Of a stretch of 20,000 bases of DNA, positions 1 through 8,960 are shown one piece after another. The position numbers and the translations under genes were made by a program. Numbering within the stretch: the stretch's first letter is position 1; each line of letters opens with the position of its first letter. The notes under the pieces were generated by a model, which saw nothing but the letters and a program-made list of their open reading frames with translations, had not been told where the DNA came from and searched no databases. The stretch comes from an uncultured virus (IMG/VR IMGVR_UViG_3300027963_005142) (taxonomy: Duplodnaviria > Heunggongvirae > Uroviricota > Caudoviricetes). The stretch lies in IMG/VR virus record IMGVR_UViG_3300027963_005142, one strand, 5' to 3'.

Positions 1-3000
1 CCTCCTGCTTCTGCTAGACAGCTTTCAAACTATTCCAACAGCGGATACTTTGAGACAGGAACTAGGAAGCTCTCAGATCTTATTAGTAAGACCGGTGGAA
101 CAGGCCCGAGAGGAGACGAGCTTCTCAAGACGATATCAAGTGTTGATGGAAGAGAGAGCTCAGCACAGATCTACGCAGAAGACGCTTACGATAGTGAAAA
201 CACTTATAATCCCAATCAGGCGTTCTCACGGAGGACTCGATCTGCAGACGTCGATCCAGGGACAAACATTAGAGTCCAGAGAAAGATAGGAGACTGGAAA
301 AAAATTGACGGTCAGGATGCAAGGACATCCACTCTCGAGACGCTGAAGTCTGTAGGGCTAAGCCTTTTGCTGAAAGCAGCTCACAGAGACGCTTCTGATA
401 GCCCCGCAGGATCAATCGACCCAGCCTCGCCTGCTGCCAACGATGCGCAGGCAGACAAGTATGCATCTGTTAATTTTGACACCCAGATCTCAGAGCAAAT
501 TCTAAGAGCTTTGAACGCTTTCGGTGCACCGACATTCGACGACGGAAGCGCATTTTTAGGTGGAAGAGGAGACTTTGTTCCCGAAGATCCCGATGCCAGA
601 TACTCAAAGTCGTACGGAGTCTCGTACACGCCAACTACGCCTTCTGATCAGACAGCATCTACTGAGAGAGAATCACCTGAAGTTGCAGGCCAAAATCTTG
701 AATCTTCTGTTAGGCTCGCTGCTGCATCAGTCTTGATCCTTTCTAAGCTCCTGCGGCAGATATACTCTGAATCAATCGATACTCTCGAGTTCAACCCTAG
801 AAAATCTCTCGGTCTTGGACCCTATAAGCTTGGATATTCTGTTGGTGAAGATTACAAGTCCCTTGAGCTTGCTCACTTTAGATCGATCTTTCCAAATACA
901 GCACCCTATACGTTTGAAGAGTGTCTCAAGGCATCCTTTAAATCAGTTTTCGGTCTTGAGATGCCTAGCAGAGCTGTCGATATACTTGCCGCTTCTCCGG
1001 CGCAGACGTTCTCTACAGGTGAGCTGTCTTCTCTAGTGTCAAACAGGATTCTAAGAGAGTCTCCTTCTTACTGGATATCGATCGCAAAGTCTGCTATTTA
1101 TGCCTACACTGCCACCAAGAAGTCAATGACACCCACGCAAGGTGCATCTCAGGGTCGAAACTTTGCAAAGACTGTCCAGGAGATATCAAATCTTAGAGCG
1201 ACTAGGTTCGTCTCAGGAATGATAACGATGGGGTACATCAGTCTTATTAGCACTTACGGATCAAATCGATCTCCCATTCTAGGGAACGCAGAAGAGACTT
1301 CGCTCAATAGAGTTTCAAGATCTAGAGACACAAAAGGAAACTCTCCAAATGCAGGAGCGTGGAGAGGCAACGCTCTTCCAAGCGTATTCTTGCTACCTGG
1401 ATCATCAGTTCTTGCAGGCCCTAAGCTTGGAAACACGATATTTCGAGCAAATCCTGCAAGAGCGATGCTTGCCTCTACACTTGCAGATAAGACAGTCGTA
1501 GATCCAAACATTGGAGGCGAAGGATCCAATCGGCTCCCGCAGGAGCTTGTTCATCTGATAGAGAACAAGCTTGAGGCCGAGTACGTACCTTTCTACTTCC
1601 AGGATCTTAGAACCAACGAAGTGATCGCCTTTCACGCTTTTATCGAGTCAGTGACTGATGGGTTCTCTGCATCTTACAATACTACGAAGAGCTATGGACG
1701 TGCAGATCCTGTCTACAACTACAGCTCTACCACAAGAAGCATCGCTGTCACATTCAGCATTGTTGCAACCAATAGAGAAGATTTTGATGAGATGTGGTTC
1801 AAGATCAACAAGTTGACAACCTTGATGTACCCACAGTACACGAGAGGCCAGAAGATATCGGGTAGAAACAGCTTGCTTGATTATGAGTTTGAAGCACCAT
1901 TCAGCCAGGTTCCCGGAGCTACTCCGGTTATAAGACTTAGACTAGGAGATCTTGTAAAGTCAAACTACTCTAAGCTTGCAGCAGCAAGGCTTTTCGGTCT
2001 CGGATCAAAGAAGAATTTTAAGACAACAATAGTGCCGGGTGCAGGAGCTCTCCGTACACTCGGTTCAGCGCTTTCTAGCGATAAACTAGAATCATTTACT
2101 TACATTGCTTTCTTAATAGCGACTGCAAGCCCTGCTGTTGTAATATCAGAAGTTGCAGCAATGACAAGAGGTCTTACAGGCCCTGGTAGTTCAACAGCAG
2201 TTGCAGCAGCAGCGATCGGAGAGATTGCTGCTTACGAGGCTCTCGCAGCCACTGATCCGGTTGACGGCCGAGGTTACATAAATCCGTTCATCCTGAATAC
2301 AGTGAGAAACAACCTCCTAGATCCTCAGACGTATAAGGGAGGAACTCAGAGTGAAACGCAGTCTGCGCTAGGAGGATTAAATTCTTTCAACACAGGAGAG
2401 TCTGGATCAGATGCATCAGGAAGAGCTAATCTTGGAGACTTAATCGGATCAATTGTAACGGTATTTCCAATTACTTCTGGGTGGAACAATAGATCAGACG
2501 GCCGCGGTCTAAATCTCGTTTTTAATCAGCCGGTAAAAGGTGTTCTCACGAACAAAGTATCTCAGTCTGGTACAAGTCTTTCAACTTCAAATTCAAATAC
2601 ACTGCGATCTGGAAAAGACATGTATGAGATACAGATAGCTGAAGGAGATCAGCAAGGACAGAAGATATGGGTTCCTCGCGGTGGCTTTGCTTTTGATTCA
2701 CAGGGTCTTATACAGACGCTCTTTGCAATTTCAAATCCGGTATCTGCAGTTGCTGATGGCCTGACAAGCCTCCTCTTCAACTCGGTTCCCATCGGTTCAG
2801 ACTTTCCAAACACAGAAGGGGCAGTCCGACAAATTGTTGAAATACTCACAAATCCTGATGCTGCATTCTTCTCATCCTTTGATAATCCCTACTTCGATAA
2901 GAATGAAGTCATATCAGGGTATGAGAACACAATGGGTCGCGGATTAGCTGGAGTCATAGAAAACATGTCTTTTGGATGGGACTTCGCTTGGGAGACCGAC

Positions 3001-3270
3001 TTTGGATCTCGTGCTCCCACGGGATGCAAGGTCACGCTTAAGTTCTCACCGATCCACGACGTCCCGCCTGGCCTCGACGCTGACGGATTCAATAGAGCCC
3101 CAATTTACAATGCTGGTCGAATTATGAATGATTTCTCTGGAGATCCAATAGATCGAGAGCTTGGAGCTCGTGCTTCGTTCTCAAATGCAAACAAGACAGT
3201 CACTGATGACAGATCAGTGGATCTAGATGCTGCTCAACGGTTTGCTGAGATTCTTGGGAGAGATTCCTAA
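1..3270 (+). CDS. Large baseplate/tail-tube-initiator-like protein (T4 gp48/gp54- or CIS-tube-like domain), 5'-truncated
   Basis: Frame 1 is open from base 1 (PPASARQLSNYS...), so the gene starts before the window and not at 367. It contains 'YVPFYFQDLRTNEVIAFHAFIESVTDGFSASYN...YGRADPVYNYSSTTRSIAVTF...KINKLTTLMYPQY...PVIRLRLGDL' and a C-terminal 'GVIENMSFGW...WE...P..CKVTLKFSPIHD'. Both are typical of tube-initiator proteins. It is followed by a LysM/wedge gene. Confidence 0.7.
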   Translation, partial: PPASARQLSNYSNSGYFETGTRKLSDLISKTGGTGPRGDELLKTISSVDGRESSAQIYAEDAYDSENTYNPNQAFSRRTRSADVDPGTNIRVQRKIGDWKKIDGQDARTSTLETLKSVGLSLLLKAAHRDASDSPAGSIDPASPAANDAQADKYASVNFDTQISEQILRALNAFGAPTFDDGSAFLGGRGDFVPEDPDARYSKSYGVSYTPTTPSDQTASTERESPEVAGQNLESSVRLAAASVLILSKLLRQIYSESIDTLEFNPRKSLGLGPYKLGYSVGEDYKSLELAHFRSIFPNTAPYTFEECLKASFKSVFGLEMPSRAVDILAASPAQTFSTGELSSLVSNRILRESPSYWISIAKSAIYAYTATKKSMTPTQGASQGRNFAKTVQEISNLRATRFVSGMITMGYISLISTYGSNRSPILGNAEETSLNRVSRSRDTKGNSPNAGAWRGNALPSVFLLPGSSVLAGPKLGNTIFRANPARAMLASTLADKTVVDPNIGGEGSNRLPQELVHLIENKLEAEYVPFYFQDLRTNEVIAFHAFIESVTDGFSASYNTTKSYGRADPVYNYSSTTRSIAVTFSIVATNREDFDEMWFKINKLTTLMYPQYTRGQKISGRNSLLDYEFEAPFSQVPGATPVIRLRLGDLVKSNYSKLAAARLFGLGSKKNFKTTIVPGAGALRTLGSALSSDKLESFTYIAFLIATASPAVVISEVAAMTRGLTGPGSSTAVAAAAIGEIAAYEALAATDPVDGRGYINPFILNTVRNNLLDPQTYKGGTQSETQSALGGLNSFNTGESGSDASGRANLGDLIGSIVTVFPITSGWNNRSDGRGLNLVFNQPVKGVLTNKVSQSGTSLSTSNSNTLRSGKDMYEIQIAEGDQQGQKIWVPRGGFAFDSQGLIQTLFAISNPVSAVADGLTSLLFNSVPIGSDFPNTEGAVRQIVEILTNPDAAFFSSFDNPYFDKNEVISGYENTMGRGLAGVIENMSFGWDFAWETDFGSRAPTGCKVTLKFSPIHDVPPGLDADGFNRAPIYNAGRIMNDFSGDPIDRELGARASFSNANKTVTDDRSVDLDAAQRFAEILGRDS

Positions 3271-3572
3271 TGGCATTTTCGAGATATAATTTCACTCCTC
3301 GAACAGTCAATGGTCGTGGTCTCATTACTCCTGAGCTCTCAAACGAGATCTATCAGAGAGTTAAGCTAGGTCAGATTTCTGTCACTCCATACATGCTGAA
3401 AGAGTCTGAGAGGCTTGACCACATAGCTTACAAGAAGCTAGGAGATGCATCTCTCTGGTGGGTGCTGGCAGCTGCTTCTGGAATCGGGTGGGGTCTACAG
3501 TGTCCTCCCGGAACGCTTGTCAATATCCCAACAAGCATGTCTGAGATCTACGGATTATCGAGGATCGGATAA
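3270..3572 (+). CDS. LysM-like baseplate wedge protein (T4 gp53 / P2 gpX-like)
   Basis: 'YMLKESERLDHIAYKKLGDASLWWVLAAASGI...PPGTLVNIP' matches the RLD.IA...GD..LWW.IA..N pattern. TAATG overlap with the upstream gene. Confidence 0.8.
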   Translation: MAFSRYNFTPRTVNGRGLITPELSNEIYQRVKLGQISVTPYMLKESERLDHIAYKKLGDASLWWVLAAASGIGWGLQCPPGTLVNIPTSMSEIYGLSRIG

Positions 3573-6547
3573 TGGCGGGAAAGCTTTCAAACTCTGATCC
3601 CCTCATTAAGTCTATCGAGCTCCTAAAGCAGGAAGCACGGATACTCAATGCAGTCTATCGCCCGCAGGTTTCTAGCATACAATTCAATGATGTTGAAATA
3701 GTCGGACTACCCGAGGTGGCTGGAAACAAGATAGATGTCTCTAAGTTCTGCACTGCTGAGCTTGGATCGAGGTACATTGACCTCTTTATAGGAAACGAAA
3801 GAGAGCCTAAGACTACCGGAGACATCATAGAGGAGATGGAAAAGATCACCTATGCAGATGCTCAGGTGATCAAAGGCGGCACTTCTCCTGGCCGCGCTCT
3901 AATTTTTGTTTCTTCAAATATTGAAACAAAGGGAGATGTACAGAAAGAAGCTGAAGGGAATCCCGTTAGGATCAAGTTTAGTTCTCCGATATTCTCTAGA
4001 GAGGGCGTTAGTTTTCAGCAATATACATGCGGAACTTATTTTCCGCCGGAAATTCCAGGACAGGTAGGCAGCATTAGAGTTGGACCAAATCCTCTTGATA
4101 GAAAACCTACTGCTAAGAGTATTGAAAAATTTAACAAGCCGGGTGCTACTCTTTTTTCTCACAGATTTGATGTTGACAATAAGGGGTTCACTGGGATGAA
4201 CTTTTCACTTATTGATGCAGACATCCTGCATGCATTTTTGAATGGACTTCCAACACTTGAGCTTTCTCGGGCAGTCACCTTTTTTAGAGCTTCATTCTAC
4301 TCACCTGCGATACAGAAAAAGACCAAATCTGGAAACCAGTCTTCTCCTCCTGTAACTCTTGCATCTTTTTTAGGGTTGGACACAGGTACTTTGCAACGTA
4401 CTTACGGGTCTCCGAGCGCAGCTGATCTAACCCGTCTTGCAGTTGGATACTCTCCTTTCTTAAAAGAAAAGACCCTGTCTCGCACTGGTTTTGAGCTCTT
4501 CTTAGGACCACAAACTCTTGTAAATCCAGATATCAACAGATCTCCTCCGGGTACTTTTTCAAACAGAAACTTTCCTGTCTTGGACCCGATGGTGCCTCTT
4601 GCGTCAATCGATTCATTTCGTATCACCATCCAGAACTCACCCGTAGCTGCTTTCACCACTCAGGTTGCAGAGCTCAAGATTATCGTCCACGACAAGTCTC
4701 GGCTCGAAGAGCTTTCAAGCATCATTGCAATTCAAGATTTTCCCTCTAACTTTATCGAGATCGAATACGGATACAATCATCCTGACTCAGATCCTGTCAG
4801 GGGCTCAGCTGCTGGAAGATTTATTAATCTGATGAAGATGCGCCAGGTCTTCACAGTTGCAGGCTACGCGATGAATGTAAAAGATAGATCTGTCGAGGTC
4901 AACCTGCGACTTGTTTCTCTCACAGATAGAGCTCTTTCTGCTGTGCCATGCATAACTGGGAATTTTATCCCTATCAGAGCTGTCACTCAGTACCTTGAAA
5001 ATCTCTCCAAGGCGACCTTTTCAAGCGTTCTTGGCAAAGAAGTGCTCCAGTTTGATCCAAAGTCCACAGCCGGACTGATGGTCCCGAGGAGCAATTTTGT
5101 TGAGCTCGTCAATGCAATCAAGAGCATAGGAACGATAGAAGACAATCAGACTGGAGAGCCTGTTATCAATGAGGAAATAGATCAGGCAGTTGAAAATCTT
5201 CGTATAGCCATTGAGACCAATACTCAGAGACCAGAAAATACCAATCCTGCTGCAGAGCAGACGCGAATAATTGACTCCTGTAAAGCTTTCAATATTGGCG
5301 GAACTCAAGGCTCAGATCCGTTCTTTGAAGAGCTCGCTGGTGCAAACAAGGAGAGCATCAGGCAGCCTCTTAAATCGGGAAACTTCTGTACTGCTGCTCA
5401 GCTAATCTCTCGTCTTGTTCTTTACCCGCTTGCTAGCTCTACCATCTTCGACGAAGTCCAGATTCACACGTTCTCCTTTAACGAAAGAGCTGCAAAGCTT
5501 TCAAAGCTTCCAATAGCAATGTGCCCGATCGACGTCGACTTGTTTGCAAGAAGCCTCACAAAAACCACAAATCCTAACCGCATCTACACGACAGCTGAGA
5601 TGCTTGGTAAGATTGTTAAATTCTGCTCCAATCCATACAACATAGCGTTCGGAGTTAGCGATCAGTTCAAGAAGATCAAGGATGCCCGAGACGCTGCAGA
5701 AAAAGCAAGAAAAGAAGAAGAATCTGAAGAAGGAGAAGAAGAGGGACCACCTCCGCCGACTCCTGCTGAAAAAACAGCTCGATCAGCACTTACAGACAGG
5801 TTGAAGCTCATCTACAAGGAAGTTTACGGAACAGATGCCACCAACGACGAGGCTGTGTTTAAGGTTCCTCGAGTAAGATCTGAAGTTCAATCACTCAAAA
5901 AACAGATAGAAGACGAAGATGGTGTAAGAGAAATCAACATCTGCAAAATCATCATCTACGATGAAGCATGCTCATCGATCGGAGACCTTTCTTCTATTCT
6001 TGGCGTGGCTGCAGAGGAGATGGTATCGAATCCAGGCACAAAGTCTGCTGAATTCAACCTAAACAAGGCGAAAGACATTAGAGTTGTTAGAGAGATCCTA
6101 AGTAGACTCTATCCAGTTTTAACTCCCGGAACGGGAAATTCAGTTGTAAGCTCTGTCTCAGTGGCAACCTCAACCTCAGGTCAGGCTGCCCAGGTGCAAC
6201 TCGTTGAGGCACTAAAGGGTGTCTATGGCGCGGAGCAGGACTCCATGCCCGATTCTGCTGGATCCGACATTGAGGTAATACCTGCAAAGATCTCTTTTAC
6301 ATCAATTGGATGCCCAATCATAAGCAGAGGACAGAGTGTTTTTGTCAACCTCAAGACAGGAACAACGCTCGACAACGTCTACTCAGTCTCATCAGTTTCT
6401 CACAGCATAGACTCAAGAGGTAGCTTTACAACGTCAGTCTCTCTTGCGCCTACCAGCAGCGGAACTGTAAGGGGCGTGTCTACAAAGATCGAGAGAGCTA
6501 TCAAGCAGTTTGTAGATTCAAAATCCTATGGCATTGAAGATCGATAG
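3572..6547 (+). CDS. Putative baseplate hub protein (gp27/P2 gpD-like), 991 aa
   Basis: C-terminal 'ISFTSIGCPIISRGQSVFVNL...NVYSVSSVSHSIDSRGSFTTSVSL' resembles the end of the hub/late-control-D fold. Internal 'IEIEYGY' motif. Located after the LysM gene, with a TAATG overlap. Confidence 0.6.
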   Translation: MAGKLSNSDPLIKSIELLKQEARILNAVYRPQVSSIQFNDVEIVGLPEVAGNKIDVSKFCTAELGSRYIDLFIGNEREPKTTGDIIEEMEKITYADAQVIKGGTSPGRALIFVSSNIETKGDVQKEAEGNPVRIKFSSPIFSREGVSFQQYTCGTYFPPEIPGQVGSIRVGPNPLDRKPTAKSIEKFNKPGATLFSHRFDVDNKGFTGMNFSLIDADILHAFLNGLPTLELSRAVTFFRASFYSPAIQKKTKSGNQSSPPVTLASFLGLDTGTLQRTYGSPSAADLTRLAVGYSPFLKEKTLSRTGFELFLGPQTLVNPDINRSPPGTFSNRNFPVLDPMVPLASIDSFRITIQNSPVAAFTTQVAELKIIVHDKSRLEELSSIIAIQDFPSNFIEIEYGYNHPDSDPVRGSAAGRFINLMKMRQVFTVAGYAMNVKDRSVEVNLRLVSLTDRALSAVPCITGNFIPIRAVTQYLENLSKATFSSVLGKEVLQFDPKSTAGLMVPRSNFVELVNAIKSIGTIEDNQTGEPVINEEIDQAVENLRIAIETNTQRPENTNPAAEQTRIIDSCKAFNIGGTQGSDPFFEELAGANKESIRQPLKSGNFCTAAQLISRLVLYPLASSTIFDEVQIHTFSFNERAAKLSKLPIAMCPIDVDLFARSLTKTTNPNRIYTTAEMLGKIVKFCSNPYNIAFGVSDQFKKIKDARDAAEKARKEEESEEGEEEGPPPPTPAEKTARSALTDRLKLIYKEVYGTDATNDEAVFKVPRVRSEVQSLKKQIEDEDGVREINICKIIIYDEACSSIGDLSSILGVAAEEMVSNPGTKSAEFNLNKAKDIRVVREILSRLYPVLTPGTGNSVVSSVSVATSTSGQAAQVQLVEALKGVYGAEQDSMPDSAGSDIEVIPAKISFTSIGCPIISRGQSVFVNLKTGTTLDNVYSVSSVSHSIDSRGSFTTSVSLAPTSSGTVRGVSTKIERAIKQFVDSKSYGIEDR

Positions 6548-6562
6548 TGCTCTTGATATGAT
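6534..6562 (+). promoter_or_regulatory. Sigma70-type promoter, probably leaderless, for the polA-like gene
   Basis: TTGAAG (6534-6539), 17 bp, TATGAT (6557-6562). The GTG start lies 5 nt after the -10 box and there is no SD. Confidence 0.65.
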
Positions 6563-6567
6563 CATTC

Positions 6568-7713
6568 GTGCTCAAAATAAGCAAAGAGATTCTTGGAACA
6601 AAATCAAGCTTCTTGATCAAGGATGACGGATCTGTCTGTCTCTCTGATCTCTCTATGGAAGATGCTTGGACAGTCGGTTTCCATCAGAACTACAAGTCTG
6701 TTGAGATCGCCTGCCGAGCACTCGGAATTGAAATGCCTGAGATCGTCGCAGAAGAAGCTAATAAGTTCTGGTCAACTTGGAAAGTGAGGCCACCAGCTTC
6801 CGCTGTTATGTCTCACAGCGAGCTTCTGGAAAAAATCAAGACGCTGAATAGCTGGTTCTCAGCGCAGTTCTCTGCGTATTGTGACAGCTCCTACTTCTGT
6901 AACGACTTTCAGTCGATCCTCTTGCTGTTGGACAGGCTTGAACCTGCGCTGTTAGACAGTGATTTCGTGAGAGCTTGTGATGATGAAAGGATCTCGTCAC
7001 TGTCAGGCTCAAAGAGCGCTTCTTGCACCTACGATCCATGCAGCTCCTCTACGGGTAGACTTACTGTAAAGTCTGGATTTCCAATCTTAACACTGCCAAG
7101 AGAGCTTCGAAAGTCTCTCAAGTCTCGTCATGGAAAGATTCTGCAAATTGACTTCACAGCTCTCGAGCCTCACACGCTTCGGTGCTTTGCTGGCAGACTC
7201 TCAGGCGAAGAAGACATCTACACAGACATTAGTCGAGGATTTGACCTTGAAAGAGATATCGTAAAAGTTGCAGTTATGTCTGCTTGTTACGGAATGTCGA
7301 GAAACTCTTTCAGGTCAAAGTACAGGTCGGTTTCAGGTGCTGCAGGATTCTACGATTCAATCCGAAAAGGTCTCGGAGTCGAAGAACTTGAGAGCTACAT
7401 TGCTCGAAGCTGCGTTATCTCTACTGGCATTACAAATGGTTTCGGCAGGCCCATTCAGTGTGATCCTGCCGCGTGGGTATCACACTTTGTGCAATCAACT
7501 GCTGTGGATGTTGCTTGCCAGGGATTCAACGATGTCATCGATAGGCTCGCTGAGTCTCGAGCAAGGTTCAGTCCTCTCTTCTTGATCCACGATTCTCTTG
7601 TTGTCGATGTGAATGTTGAACACATGAGTGCGCTTAATAGAATTGTTGAAGAAGGTTTTCTTCTCAAGAGTAAGAACTACAAATTCCCAATGAAGATCAA
7701 GGAGCTTTACTAA
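6568..7713 (+). CDS. Minimal family A DNA polymerase (polymerase domain only, divergent)
   Basis: TGRL motif, motif A 'ILQIDFTALE', motif B 'RDIVKVAVMSACYG', 'VQSTAVD', motif C 'LIHDSLVVD'. Only 381 aa, with no recognisable 3'-5' or 5'-3' exonuclease motifs. Confidence 0.8.
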   Translation: MLKISKEILGTKSSFLIKDDGSVCLSDLSMEDAWTVGFHQNYKSVEIACRALGIEMPEIVAEEANKFWSTWKVRPPASAVMSHSELLEKIKTLNSWFSAQFSAYCDSSYFCNDFQSILLLLDRLEPALLDSDFVRACDDERISSLSGSKSASCTYDPCSSSTGRLTVKSGFPILTLPRELRKSLKSRHGKILQIDFTALEPHTLRCFAGRLSGEEDIYTDISRGFDLERDIVKVAVMSACYGMSRNSFRSKYRSVSGAAGFYDSIRKGLGVEELESYIARSCVISTGITNGFGRPIQCDPAAWVSHFVQSTAVDVACQGFNDVIDRLAESRARFSPLFLIHDSLVVDVNVEHMSALNRIVEEGFLLKSKNYKFPMKIKELY

Positions 7714-8279
7714 TGCAAGACATTGAAAAAGTCTATAATTCCTACATGAAACTTGTCAATTTGCTTGATGCGCGGTCAGGCGCTATTAAGCGGCTAGTTG
7801 ATCACTTTGGAGAGCGGTTTGCCACCTGTCCTGCTTTTGACAGAAGTGAGCGCTCTACAGCATCTCCGGGAGGAATGATGCTTCACAGCATCAACGTTAC
7901 AAAGACCATGAAGACTGTTGCAGAATCTTCTGGATTGAAGATTCCAATACAGTCGATAATCATGTGCGGTCTTGTTCATGAGTTTGGTCGGCTAGGAGAC
8001 CTGAGTAACGACTACTACGTCGAGCAGAAGTCTGATTGGCACAGAGAGCGAGGCAATATCTACACCTACAATCCTGAGTGTGTGAAGATGACTCACGGAC
8101 ATCGGACGCTGTGGATCTTGCAGCAGTTTGGAGTCGAGCTTACACCTGAAGAGTGGTTAGCTGTCGCTTCTTTGAGCTTCTACTCTGAAGAGCAGCGATT
8201 CTACGCAGGATACGAGGGTGACCTCGCAGCTCTGCTGCAGTACGCAGACAGGATAGTGACTGCGCAAGAACGAGTCTAA
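7713..8279 (+). CDS. HD-domain protein (YhaM-like layout), degenerate active site
   Basis: 'CPA...PGGMMLHSINV...CGLVHEFGRLG...LTPEEWLAV...LLQYADRI' follows the PA...GGL..H...LLHD.GK.G...AD pattern, with HD replaced by HE. TAATG overlap with the polymerase gene. Confidence 0.75.
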   Translation: MQDIEKVYNSYMKLVNLLDARSGAIKRLVDHFGERFATCPAFDRSERSTASPGGMMLHSINVTKTMKTVAESSGLKIPIQSIIMCGLVHEFGRLGDLSNDYYVEQKSDWHRERGNIYTYNPECVKMTHGHRTLWILQQFGVELTPEEWLAVASLSFYSEEQRFYAGYEGDLAALLQYADRIVTAQERV

Positions 8280-8292
8280 GATATTTACATTA

Positions 8293-8865
8293 GTGGCAAA
8301 TCAAGAAAAAGCATCAGCAATTGGACACTACTCTAGCAGGGGTAGAGCTATTCCGTGGTCGGGAGCGCTCGGCGGCGGTGATGGCGCGCAGCAGAAGATT
8401 GGACGTCCAAGGCTTCCGGGAAAGATTCAAGCATCTCCAACAGGCGCTGCTGACAGCACTTTTGCCGGAAGGATGTCTCTACTGGTTCCCGACTACGAGC
8501 AACAGCTCGCTTACGATGAGGTAGGTGAGTTTGTCGGCATGCCTGACTACAAGTCCAACATAGAGAACATAGCGACACGCAAGCTTGCAGGTCCGAGGAA
8601 GCTTCCAAGAGGTTTCAAGCTGCGTCTCACAGAGGACTCTGGTGATGGATTTGAAGATTTTCTGCATGTTGAGGACCTGCTCGAAGAGATTGCTCCTAAA
8701 AAGAAGAAGTTTAAGAAAGAAGCATCAGGTGTCGGAGCCGTCGCAGGCTACACGGGTCCAGTATCAGGTCCCTCGAATCCCAAGAGCTTTTACAGCAAGA
8801 TGGCGAAGGCCGCAGGAGGTGAGTATCTAGAGGATCCAACAAAGACTGCTCGCGGGCGTCCGTAA
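8293..8865 (+). CDS. Hypothetical protein (Gly/Pro/Lys-rich, low complexity)
   Basis: 190-aa ORF that fills the gap between the HD and SSB genes on the coding strand. GTG start. No recognisable enzymatic motif. Confidence 0.65.
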   Translation: MANQEKASAIGHYSSRGRAIPWSGALGGGDGAQQKIGRPRLPGKIQASPTGAADSTFAGRMSLLVPDYEQQLAYDEVGEFVGMPDYKSNIENIATRKLAGPRKLPRGFKLRLTEDSGDGFEDFLHVEDLLEEIAPKKKKFKKEASGVGAVAGYTGPVSGPSNPKSFYSKMAKAAGGEYLEDPTKTARGRP

Positions 8866-8960
8866 AACTTTTGAACAACTACCACTTTAAACGTTAAATC
8901 ATACTAGCTCTAAACATCACACCGAAGTTAAGAGTTACCACAAAGGAAAACAAACTAATC

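Noticed and set aside
367..369. ORF-track start for the first large gene
   Set aside because: The frame is open back to base 1, so the true start lies upstream of the window.
6568..8279. Z-genome (DpoZ/DatZ/MazZ/PurZ) assignment
   Set aside because: No purZ in the window, the HD protein looks YhaM-like and degenerate rather than DatZ-like, and the polymerase lacks the 3'-5' exonuclease domain that DpoZ has.
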